The position numbers and the translations under genes were made by a program. From Candidatus Nanohaloarchaea archaeon (GTDB lineage Archaea > Nanohalarchaeota > Nanosalinia > Nanosalinales > Nanosalinaceae), in NCBI GenBank assembly GCA_014297435.1, contig JACOQA010000002.1, forward strand, positions 185,961 through 249,960: a stretch of DNA of 64,000 nucleotides, given 5' to 3'. The notes beneath the pieces are model-generated. The model ran no database searches. It worked only from the letters and a program-made list of their open reading frames with translations, and was not told the origin of the DNA. Positions within the stretch are counted from its first letter, which is position 1. Every line of letters starts with the position of its first letter. Positions 50,230-58,804 of the stretch are shown here, piece by piece.

Positions 50230-50355
50230 ATGGAGGTATCTCTCAAAATCGTAATGTCGGTCGTCGCAGGTATCTCAGTAATCCTGGTTATAGCCTTGAT
50301 AGTTAACAGTCAGGCAAATGGCGCTCTTGATTTTCTCAGTGGGTCGCTGCCATGA
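50230..50355 (+). CDS. 41-aa pilin-like microprotein (not in ORF track)
   Basis: MEVSLKIVMSVVAGISVILVIALIVNSQANGALDFLSGSLP; ATGA overlap with the next gene. Confidence 0.65.
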   Translation: MEVSLKIVMSVVAGISVILVIALIVNSQANGALDFLSGSLP

Positions 50356-50579
50356 ATATGTCGATTCATTCAGTTGTCGCAATAGCGATTGCAATACTCT
50401 TGATTGTAGCACTGTATGGTTTGGCGTCAGGGGGTCTTTCGGAGATTGAGGAAGCGATTACAGGAGATGATGGAAGCATACAAGATGATGCCCAACAGCC
50501 TGAAGGAAAGGAATGGGAAAGTCCAGATGAGATTAATGAAGATTTTAGAGACAATGCGGAGTTGATTCAGAGTGGCTAA
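50352..50579 (+). CDS. Small pilin-like protein
   Basis: MNMSIHSVVAIAIAILLIVALYGL helix plus an acidic tail. Confidence 0.65.
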   Translation: MNMSIHSVVAIAIAILLIVALYGLASGGLSEIEEAITGDDGSIQDDAQQPEGKEWESPDEINEDFRDNAELIQSG

Positions 50580-50580
50580 A

Positions 50581-50748
50581 ATGTCTCCAACAATACTGGT
50601 AACTGCAATCCTTGGAGCTGTCATGCTTGGAGCAGTTTTAGTTGTAGCTAGCTCCCAACTTAATAATCTTGTAGGCGGTGTTGGTTCAGTTTCAATTATA
50701 GGGCTAAAATTAGGGAGGTATGCTGATGAAAAGGAAAGGTTCCTCTGA
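50581..50748 (+). CDS. 55-aa pilin-like microprotein (not in ORF track)
   Basis: MSPTILVTAILGAVMLGAVLVVASSQLNNLVGGVG...; fills the gap exactly. Confidence 0.55.
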   Translation: MSPTILVTAILGAVMLGAVLVVASSQLNNLVGGVGSVSIIGLKLGRYADEKERFL

Positions 50749-51139
50749 AACTATTGCATTAGCGATAGTTGGGATTGTAATCTTCGGTCTTATGGCGGTT
50801 ATAGGCATAAATAGGATGACTGATTTAGACGACCGTATAAGAGTTAGAACAGTTGAAATACCGGCTGATAGGATGGGTCCAACGATAGATATGGCGAGCG
50901 CGCTAGATGAGGCTGAGATAGAGATTAGTTTTGATGTAGAGCACGGCATAGTACGGAAAAACGGTGGTGTGCATCTTAATTATACGCATGAGACTCTGAT
51001 TAACTGGCCGGGCTCAGACAAAAACAGCCATCCCATTGAATCTAAGGTCGGTCTTGACGAGATTAAGGAAGGCGTATCAGATGATATCTGTATACGTAAA
51101 AAGTCGGGAGAAATCTCTATAGCAGCAGAGGAGTGCTAA
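50726..51139 (+). CDS. Pilin-like protein
   Basis: MKRKG-SSETIALAIVGIVIFGLMAVI class III signal. Confidence 0.75.
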   Translation: MKRKGSSETIALAIVGIVIFGLMAVIGINRMTDLDDRIRVRTVEIPADRMGPTIDMASALDEAEIEISFDVEHGIVRKNGGVHLNYTHETLINWPGSDKNSHPIESKVGLDEIKEGVSDDICIRKKSGEISIAAEEC

Positions 51140-51141
51140 AA

Positions 51142-51555
51142 ATGGATATTGAGCACTTTGAAATGATAGGCGGAATGGTACTTTTCACAGCTGTTCTAAT
51201 ACTTGCGATACAGTTCCAAGTATCTTTAATGGAGGGCATATCCGAAGTTTCAGGTACATGGGTGACAGGTGAAGGTTCGAAGGCTGCAGCATCATTCCAT
51301 ATAGCAAGCCAGGGCGAGAGACTCGGAAAATTACGTCAGGCACAAGTCAATACTATGGGAGGTTCAGCGTATTCAGGGTGTACAGCTAGCTTTCCAGGTC
51401 TTGAAGATTCAGAACCTCTAAGGTATAACTGGGAAGCATTGAATTATTGTGGAGATTTGAATCCCGAAGTGGTTAGACTTGATTTACCTCTGCGAATAGA
51501 TGTCGGAGAAGGTCAATCGGATTTTAGAATACTTCAGATAGGAGGTGCCTCATGA
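51142..51555 (+). CDS. Pilin-like protein
   Basis: MDIEHFEMIGGMVLFTAVLILAIQF N-terminal helix; part of the operon. Confidence 0.6.
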   Translation: MDIEHFEMIGGMVLFTAVLILAIQFQVSLMEGISEVSGTWVTGEGSKAAASFHIASQGERLGKLRQAQVNTMGGSAYSGCTASFPGLEDSEPLRYNWEALNYCGDLNPEVVRLDLPLRIDVGEGQSDFRILQIGGAS

Positions 51556-51556
51556 C

Positions 51557-52204
51557 GTGAAGGGAGCTTTTGACTCTGCAGCAACAATAATTATCGTGGT
51601 CGTCTCAGTTTTGATGATTGTAATGACTTTATCTATAGTAACGTTGATGTATTCTCAAGGAGGAGAGCTTAAAGCCGATTCAAGCATGCAGGCTATAGTA
51701 GAGGAATACAAGAGAGGTTACCAGGCACATATGACTATGGCTGCATTAACAGGTAACTTTGAGTTTAGGAACGCTACGGGTTACTATCTTGCTAATGGGA
51801 AAAGCCGATTGAAGAGTGACGTGATAATTCCGGAAGGAAACAAGATAATACCTCGGCAAAGCAGTATACACATCTTTTCTGTAGGTGATGAAACACTGTT
51901 TCGTTCCGGAGGAACTGTTACGGTACCGGAGATTCCTTCAGGTCCTGCAGATTGTCCGGGGAGCCTAAAATATGTGTATGAGGATTCGGGAGACACCGAA
52001 TTTTATGCCTGTGCAGTTTCTGAAAATCAAGGAGGTAACTGTCCGGCTCAGTCGGAAGAAGGCACATTTAATAATAAGGAGTATTGCCTAGTAGCAGGTG
52101 AGTATAGTATGAGTGCGTCCACCGCGTCTCATTCGACAATGTATGTTGCTTCACCTAGCCCAAATCTTGCTAAATTAAGTGTTGGAGTGGGTGTCCAGAA
52201 TTAA
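51557..52204 (+). CDS. Pilin-like protein
   Basis: GTG start after GGAGGTG gives MKG-AFDSAATIIIVVVSVLMIV; Cys-rich C-domain. Confidence 0.65.
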   Translation: MKGAFDSAATIIIVVVSVLMIVMTLSIVTLMYSQGGELKADSSMQAIVEEYKRGYQAHMTMAALTGNFEFRNATGYYLANGKSRLKSDVIIPEGNKIIPRQSSIHIFSVGDETLFRSGGTVTVPEIPSGPADCPGSLKYVYEDSGDTEFYACAVSENQGGNCPAQSEEGTFNNKEYCLVAGEYSMSASTASHSTMYVASPSPNLAKLSVGVGVQN

Positions 52205-53192
52205 AGGTCAATTTACAAGTCTGGTCGGTCTCGGTCTATTTCTTTTTATTGCATCAGGCAATATCTTTGGAGCTCTAGCAATTGATACAGAGACACAGAG
52301 TATAATAGAACAAAATGCCGGCGATTACTCTATTGTTGCCGGAACTGAGCTAAAGAAAGACAACTATTTGGATAGGATGCCACGTGAACTCAATTTTACC
52401 TCAAATAATGCGGCATTAGCCCTCGGGAAAGGTGCTGGGATCGAAGGGAATAGTCTAATGTGGAATGACATACCTTCGAAGGAGCAGCTTCGGGAAAACT
52501 ATTATCTTAATATTACTGAGAGAATTGAAGAAACTCAAGGTGACGTTTTTGGTTGTCAAAGTCCGAAAGTGAAACAGCCGAAAACCGAGAATCTTGGTAA
52601 ACCTGATAACATCTACAACGCATGGTATACCGATATCCGTTGGAATCTCTCTGATCCATACATAGTTTGCTCACAGGAATCGGTTGAAGTCAATATCAGT
52701 GTTGGTAGAGATAGCTTCCACGTCAACAACACCAACAATCGTTACATCAACCTTTCCGAGACCGCGGTGGATGTAGCGAAAGAAGCGGACAGGATTATTG
52801 ACGAAACGTCTTGGCCGCGGGTACAGGATACGGAAAGCGGCTGTGATGATGTTAGAGAGGATGCAATTGAAGGTGCAAAATCTTCTGCAAAAACTAGGAC
52901 TGATATAGGTTCTAGCGCATTTGGAAATGTCGAAAAACCGGGTTATCAGACTCTTACTGCAAGTCAAATGTATTTTGAGTTTGATATAGATACTGATTCG
53001 CTCGAGGGAGATGATGATGGTTGCGGTGAGGATGGGGAGTCTCCGGAGGACAGGTGGAGGGCTTATGCGCAAGTCACAGATACCTATACAAACGTTAACA
53101 TCACTGACAGCGTGAGAACTGTTTCAGGACCTGATGGAACTTGGGATAACAATATCAAGTTCGGTTTCAACTATTCGAAGTCGGTAAACTGA
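52191..53192 (+). CDS. Minor pilin-like protein
   Basis: SRIKG-QFTSLVGLGLFLFIASG class III signal. Confidence 0.65.
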   Translation: MSRIKGQFTSLVGLGLFLFIASGNIFGALAIDTETQSIIEQNAGDYSIVAGTELKKDNYLDRMPRELNFTSNNAALALGKGAGIEGNSLMWNDIPSKEQLRENYYLNITERIEETQGDVFGCQSPKVKQPKTENLGKPDNIYNAWYTDIRWNLSDPYIVCSQESVEVNISVGRDSFHVNNTNNRYINLSETAVDVAKEADRIIDETSWPRVQDTESGCDDVREDAIEGAKSSAKTRTDIGSSAFGNVEKPGYQTLTASQMYFEFDIDTDSLEGDDDGCGEDGESPEDRWRAYAQVTDTYTNVNITDSVRTVSGPDGTWDNNIKFGFNYSKSVN

Positions 53193-53244
53193 TTAAGTAT
53201 TTATGAGTCCGCGGCTAAAAACGGGTATAACAGGTGAACTAACA

Positions 53245-53529
53245 GTGGCAGAAGAAGATGACAACACAGTATACGTCGGTTCGAAACCTGCAATGAGCTA
53301 CGTCCTGGCTGTAGTAACCCAGTTTAGCGAAGGACATGAAACAGTTCATGTCAAGGCCAGAGGAAAGGCAATTTCCAGAGCGGTTGACGTAGCTGAAATG
53401 GTTCAAAGCAAGTTCGAAGAGGAAGCAGATGTCGACGATATAGCTATTGACACCGACCAGATCGAGACAGACGAGGGCGACGAGCTAAACGTGTCTTCGA
53501 TCCAGATCGATCTATCAAAGCCTGAGTGA
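53245..53529 (+). CDS. albA: DNA/RNA-binding protein Alba
   Basis: [31 protein letters not shown] and NVSSIQI motifs; GTG start 7 nt after AGGTGA. Confidence 0.95.
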   Translation: MAEEDDNTVYVGSKPAMSYVLAVVTQFSEGHETVHVKARGKAISRAVDVAEMVQSKFEEEADVDDIAIDTDQIETDEGDELNVSSIQIDLSKPE

Positions 53530-53622
53530 AGCCCATGGTGGTGTGAACCAGCACTTTATCTCTCTTTTTCTAACACTGTTTCTCCGGACGTTTTTTATAC
53601 AGGTGAAGATATAGTTTCGACT

Positions 53623-53901
53623 ATGCGCAAGGGAATGTCCCAAACTCTGACTTTGATCGTTGCTGCCTCCGTTCTAATGATGACAGCTTTAACCGTAATA
53701 TTCATGGTACAAGGAGGGTTGAGCGACGTATTCGGATCCTCAAACACGCAATCATGCTACAACTCTGTCCAATCAACATGTGAATTCTCTGATTCAGGAA
53801 ACCACCCGACACCTGAAAGCTGTAGCAGAGCAGATGTGTCTTCAGTTCCTGTAGATGGAGGATCGGTTGATGTAGGATCGAACACATATTCCTGCTCCTA
53901 G
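53623..53901 (+). CDS. Pilin-like protein (candidate major pilin)
   Basis: MRKG-MSQTLTLIVAASVLMMTALTVIFM; four Cys; TTTTTATA box about 25 nt upstream. Confidence 0.75.
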   Translation: MRKGMSQTLTLIVAASVLMMTALTVIFMVQGGLSDVFGSSNTQSCYNSVQSTCEFSDSGNHPTPESCSRADVSSVPVDGGSVDVGSNTYSCS

Positions 53902-53914
53902 AGAGTGAAACCAA

Positions 53915-54232
53915 ATGGATAAGACGATTGAACTAGTGCTGGTGGCGATGGTAACTCTTATCACAGCGCTAGTCATCGTCTACATGGTTCAGGGAGAAGC
54001 AAGTGGGTTCGGTGACTTCCTTGACGGTCAAGAAAGCACCGCAGAATGTGATCTAGCCAAAGAGAAAGTAAACAATTGTTTGGTTGATGAAGTACCGGAC
54101 GTAGAAAGTTGTAGCCCTGGTCCGATACCTCAGAGGTGTAAGGAAGATGGAGCTTTCGGTAGCTCCGGGCAAGATAGTACAGGTTCAGGAACCGGAGGCT
54201 CGGATGGTTCAGAATCCTCTGGAGGCGGTTAA
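53915..54232 (+). CDS. Pilin-like protein, paralog of 53623
   Basis: MDKTIELVLVAMVTLITALVIVYMVQG aligns with TALTVIFMVQG; four Cys; G/S-rich tail. Confidence 0.65.
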   Translation: MDKTIELVLVAMVTLITALVIVYMVQGEASGFGDFLDGQESTAECDLAKEKVNNCLVDEVPDVESCSPGPIPQRCKEDGAFGSSGQDSTGSGTGGSDGSESSGGG

Positions 54233-54289
54233 GAGACTCTTGGAGATGGTTCTTTGATAGAGTCTAAAATTTCCGTCTCCGGATCTAAG

Positions 54290-55750
54290 TTACTTGAGTA
54301 GCAGGGTTTCAATTATTTTCTCTATCTCCCATAATTCTCCCTCATCGATTAACTCGTCTAGATCGACGTTAGTGTTAACTCCAAAGAGTGGAACAGGGTT
54401 CAAAGAGTGAGATGTATTTGGTTTGTTGACGCCCATATTCTCACAGTTGCCGTGATCAGCAGTCACAAACATCGAATAACCGGTCTCTTCCACTTTATCG
54501 GCTAGTTTTCCAATATTTCTATCTACGGTTTCAACAGCTCTTATGGCTGCATCCAGATCGCCTGTATGACCTACCAGATCGCAGTTGGCAAAGTTTAGTA
54601 GTATGAAATCTTTCTCTCCTTTTTCAAGAGCTTCCAATACGACTTCCGCAATATCGTCCGCATGCATCTCCGGTTTTTGGTCGTAGGACTTGATCTTATC
54701 GCTCTCAACGAAATGTCTTTGCTCGTGTTCGAACTCAAGCTCTCTCTGCCCGTTGAAAAAGAATGTAACATGAGGTCTTTTCTGTGACTCCGCAACTCTC
54801 AACTGCGAAAGCCCTGCGTTCTCGATTTTTTCCCCTAAAGTGTTTTCTACTATCTGTTTCTCGAATATTGCAGGCGTCTTAATTTCGTGCTCGTAGCGGA
54901 ACATAGAGACAAAGTTAGGATTTACAGGTTCATCGTAATCGTCAGGATCAACGTTCTTGACGAGCTCTTCTTCTATCTGTCTCTCCCTGTCAGCTCTAAA
55001 GTTGTAGAAAATTACTTGATCATCCTCTTCCATTCCTTCATAGTCTTTACTGGCTGAGGGTTGGATGAAGTAGTCGTAATCATCCTCCTCATACGTTTTC
55101 TCTACTGCTTCTCGTGGATCTTCGAATTCGAATCCTTCTCCTTCCGCCATCGCCCTGTAGGCTTTATGTGTTCTATCCCAGTTGTGGTCGCGATCCATAG
55201 AGTAGTAACGTCCCATAACTGTGGCGATTTCGCCGGTGTATTCGGAAGCCCAGTCTTCAATCTGCTCGATAAAGTCTTCGGCGGATTTAGGTGAAACGTC
55301 TCTCCCATCCGTGAAGCAGTGTATTTTTACCTCTACATTGTAGTTTGAGGCGATCTCGAGTAGTGCTTTCAGGTGGTCTATATGTCCGTGAATCCCGCCG
55401 TCCGATATTATGCCGGCGAAGTGGACATTAGAATCTTCTTTCTCGGCTGTTTCCAGAGAGCTTTTCAGTGCTTCTTTCTCCTTTAATTCGTTTTCTTCGA
55501 TTGCTTTGTTTATTCTTGTTAGTCGCTGGTCGATTTTTCTTCCGGCTCCTAGGTGGAGATGACCTACCTCTGAGTTGCCTGTGAATCCTTCGGGCAGTCC
55601 TACGGCCGAGCCCGATGCCTCTAGCTTAGTAAACCCGTTCCTTGACATAAGTTTTCCTATGTTGGGTGTGCTCGCTTGCTTGAATGCGTTTCCTTCTGTC
55701 TCTTTTCTCAGTCCAACGCCGTCCATAACCACCAGAAGCACTTTCTGCAT
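54290..55750 (-). CDS. gpmI: 2,3-bisphosphoglycerate-independent phosphoglycerate mutase
   Basis: MDGVG, GNSEVGH, SDGGIHGH, DGRD, GRYYSMDRD, DLVGHTG and TADHGN motifs. Confidence 0.95.
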   Translation of the reverse strand: MQKVLLVVMDGVGLRKETEGNAFKQASTPNIGKLMSRNGFTKLEASGSAVGLPEGFTGNSEVGHLHLGAGRKIDQRLTRINKAIEENELKEKEALKSSLETAEKEDSNVHFAGIISDGGIHGHIDHLKALLEIASNYNVEVKIHCFTDGRDVSPKSAEDFIEQIEDWASEYTGEIATVMGRYYSMDRDHNWDRTHKAYRAMAEGEGFEFEDPREAVEKTYEEDDYDYFIQPSASKDYEGMEEDDQVIFYNFRADRERQIEEELVKNVDPDDYDEPVNPNFVSMFRYEHEIKTPAIFEKQIVENTLGEKIENAGLSQLRVAESQKRPHVTFFFNGQRELEFEHEQRHFVESDKIKSYDQKPEMHADDIAEVVLEALEKGEKDFILLNFANCDLVGHTGDLDAAIRAVETVDRNIGKLADKVEETGYSMFVTADHGNCENMGVNKPNTSHSLNPVPLFGVNTNVDLDELIDEGELWEIEKIIETLLLK

Positions 55751-55802
55751 ACTTCTGGTTTGCCGGAGCAGGTTTATTAACCATCAGACGTGTCATAGAC
55801 TT

Positions 55803-56840
55803 ATGGGAGACGACATAAAATCTAGGATAGAGAAGGCAAAAAATCTTCTGGGCGACGAAGAAAACCCCGAAGATCCCGATAAAGATCTCAAAAAAGAGCT
55901 TGACGACCTGAAATCCGAGGTAGAAAAAGGAAACGAGCCTGAACAGGTTGCCGAAAACGCCACAGAAAAAACTTCTGAACCAGCAAATTCTGATTCAATC
56001 GATGGAAAAGTAGACAAAGAACTTGAACATGACATGAAGGTCATGGAGTCTGGTATGGAGCCTAATGATATAGAGGTCTCTCCTGATGACTTCCAAACGG
56101 ATAATTCTAGTCAGAATGAAGCCAAAAATAGTGAAATGGAGAAACGGGTAGAGGTTTTAGAGAGAAAGATAGGTGAGATGGGTGAGAGCCTGAGAAACTT
56201 CGAGGAAGAAATGGTCTCCGAAGAGTCCGAAGAACTTTCCAACATAGGAGAACTCCGAAAAAGAGTCGAAAAACTTGAGTACAGAGACTATGAAGCTCTC
56301 CAAGAAAAATTAGATGAGTTAGAGTCCCGTATATATAACAAAGGTCAAGAAGACTTGGTAAAGAGGTTTGAGGAGCTGGAGAACGAGATTCTGAAGAACG
56401 GAAGCTTCGAACAGAGGATTGAGGAGAAGGTCAGAAAGGTCGAGTCGGAAAACATCAAAGCCATTGAAACCAGGATGGGCGAGATCAACGACAAGATTGG
56501 CGAAGTAAACAACCGTTTAGATGATGTTAATGAGGAGCAGAGACGGCTGGAGGAAAAGGAGGATCAGCTAGAAAGAGACCGTTCTAATGTTCTTGACAGG
56601 GTCGATGAGATCGCTAAGAAGCAGGCAGAGCTTGAACGCGAAATGGATGAGGGACATGCTCAAAGGGAAGAAGATATCGAAGAACTAAAGCACAGGATCG
56701 ATAAGCTATGGGAAGGTCTTGATGAGGAAGTTGCCTCTCTGGAGTCCGATATACACCACAACCAGGAGCAGGTTGAGGACTTGCTAAAGGAGGTTGTCCA
56801 GCTTTCCGAGGCCGTGAAACAGGGTTTGAACCACCGTTAG
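55803..56840 (+). CDS. Acidic coiled-coil protein
   Basis: Start at MGDDIKSR; long heptads; the upstream part of the track ORF is a gpmI shadow. Confidence 0.75.
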   Translation: MGDDIKSRIEKAKNLLGDEENPEDPDKDLKKELDDLKSEVEKGNEPEQVAENATEKTSEPANSDSIDGKVDKELEHDMKVMESGMEPNDIEVSPDDFQTDNSSQNEAKNSEMEKRVEVLERKIGEMGESLRNFEEEMVSEESEELSNIGELRKRVEKLEYRDYEALQEKLDELESRIYNKGQEDLVKRFEELENEILKNGSFEQRIEEKVRKVESENIKAIETRMGEINDKIGEVNNRLDDVNEEQRRLEEKEDQLERDRSNVLDRVDEIAKKQAELEREMDEGHAQREEDIEELKHRIDKLWEGLDEEVASLESDIHHNQEQVEDLLKEVVQLSEAVKQGLNHR

Positions 56841-56884
56841 TGTTTTAACATTTTGACCACTTCTAGGTATTAAGTGAATTCTAA

Positions 56885-58804
56885 ATGGCCGAAGACGTAA
56901 TATTCGGAGAGGAAGAAGAGGAAGATGAATCAAACCAAGAAACACTTTTCGGACCCGAGGACGAAGAAGAGGAAGACGAAGAAGAACTTTTCGGATCAGA
57001 AGATGAAGAAACCGAAGACTCTGAAGATGAGGACGTACTATTTGGTGAAGAAGACGAAGAAGAAACTGAAGAAACCCTAGACGAAGATAAGACCTCCGAA
57101 GAAACTTCAGAAGAAGATGGACAGAAAGGAGATAGTTCCGAAGAAACACTTTTCGGCGAAGACGATGAAGAAGAGGAAGGACAAGAAAATGAAGAAGATG
57201 AAGGGCCTGAAGAAACTCTAAGTTCGGAAGAAACCGAGGAAAACATTTCCGAAACACAGGAAACCGAATCTGAGGAAGAGTCGGTCGACCAACAGCTAAT
57301 CCAGAGAATAGAAGAACTGGAATCGCAACTGGAAAGCGTTGAATCAACCGACACCTCCAATATAGAACAGAGAATAGACGAATTAGAAGACTCTGTCGAT
57401 ATAGAAGATGATTTCGAGCAGATAAGGTCAGATATAGAAGAATTGAAAGACACAAATGACGAAGAAGAACTGAAAAAAGACCTAAAAGACGAGATCGAAG
57501 TTCCTGACTTTGAGGAGGAAATAGAAGAACTCAGGGGAGAAATTGAATCGATCGAACAATCCGGAGATCTAGAAAACGATATAGAAGAGTTAAGATCCGC
57601 ATTAAACAATCTTGAGGAAGAACTGGAAAACAAAGAGCTTCAAAAAGAGGTTGAAGAGGTTAAAGAACGGGTTGCAGAGAAATCTGATCTTGTCAAAGAC
57701 CTAAAAGAGAGAATCGACAATGAAGTTGAAGATCTGGAGAGCCAGATAGAAGAGGCTGAATCAGAGAATATAGAAGCTCTAGAGGAACGAGTGGAAGAAC
57801 TAGAAGTCTTGGAGGAAAAAATTGATTCCTTGGAAGAAGAAATCGAAGAAATTGATTCGGAAGTAGGAGCAGAAGTTGAGGAAGATATCGATCAGATAAG
57901 AAACGAGCTGGAAGGCGTTGAAGAAGCAGTAGCGGACCTAGAAGATCGCTTCGATGATCAAAGATTTGAAGAAAGAGCCGAAGCATTAGAGTCCGAACTC
58001 GAAGACTTTAGGAGCCAGATACAGGAAATTGAAGAAGCTGACCAAGCTGAAGAGCTCGAGGAAAAAATTGAAGAACTTGAGCAAACAGTAAAGGAGCTCG
58101 ATATTGAGAAGTTAGAAGAAGATCTCTCGGGTGAAATCGAAAGGCTTGAGGACAGATTTGAAGAGCTAGAAGATGGTTCCAACGAGATTGAAGGATTGAA
58201 AGACGACATCTCCGAACTTGAAAAAGATCTTGAAGCGACTAAGACTGATCAGATAGGCGAACTCAAAGTCGAGATGGAGAACCTCAGGAAAGACATCGAA
58301 AAACTTGAGAAGCAGAAAGAAGAACAAGAGGTTTCACAGCTTGAAAAACAGGTAGAACAGCTAAAAGGGATGGTTTCCGACTTCAAATGGATCTTTAACG
58401 ACTTTGAAGATCTTGCAGATCTCAAACTGCTTTCAAACGACGAATACAAAGAGCTTAAGCAGAAGATTGAAGAAACTGAAAGCTCTGAAGAGAAGGAGAA
58501 AGCAAGTTCTGAGGCCGTAGAACGTTTGAACGATAACCTTGAGGAGATGACTGAAAGACTGGCTGACAACAGCTCTGAAGAAAGACTTCAAAGGCTGGAA
58601 AGACGACTTGACGAGATTGAATCCGAGGTACCTGATTCTAAAGATTCGGTAATTGAAGAACTCCTTTCAGAGGTTGAAAGACAGGACGATGAGATCCAGG
58701 AGATAAGAGAAGGGTACAAGGAGTTAGGAGAGATGATGCAACTTGTTCTAAAGGAGTTGAGAGAGACAAGAAACACTGGTTTAGACAAAACTGCCCAGTC
58801 CTGA
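56885..58804 (+). CDS. Extremely acidic coiled-coil protein with N-terminal (L/I)FG-acidic repeats
   Basis: Five (L/I)FG motifs within E/D tracts, then about 490 aa of heptads. Confidence 0.8.
   Translation: MAEDVIFGEEEEEDESNQETLFGPEDEEEEDEEELFGSEDEETEDSEDEDVLFGEEDEEETEETLDEDKTSEETSEEDGQKGDSSEETLFGEDDEEEEGQENEEDEGPEETLSSEETEENISETQETESEEESVDQQLIQRIEELESQLESVESTDTSNIEQRIDELEDSVDIEDDFEQIRSDIEELKDTNDEEELKKDLKDEIEVPDFEEEIEELRGEIESIEQSGDLENDIEELRSALNNLEEELENKELQKEVEEVKERVAEKSDLVKDLKERIDNEVEDLESQIEEAESENIEALEERVEELEVLEEKIDSLEEEIEEIDSEVGAEVEEDIDQIRNELEGVEEAVADLEDRFDDQRFEERAEALESELEDFRSQIQEIEEADQAEELEEKIEELEQTVKELDIEKLEEDLSGEIERLEDRFEELEDGSNEIEGLKDDISELEKDLEATKTDQIGELKVEMENLRKDIEKLEKQKEEQEVSQLEKQVEQLKGMVSDFKWIFNDFEDLADLKLLSNDEYKELKQKIEETESSEEKEKASSEAVERLNDNLEEMTERLADNSSEERLQRLERRLDEIESEVPDSKDSVIEELLSEVERQDDEIQEIREGYKELGEMMQLVLKELRETRNTGLDKTAQS

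Noticed and set aside
54290-55750. Bacterial-type gpmI as recent horizontal transfer
   Set aside because: This enzyme type is known in halophilic archaea and its composition matches the neighbours
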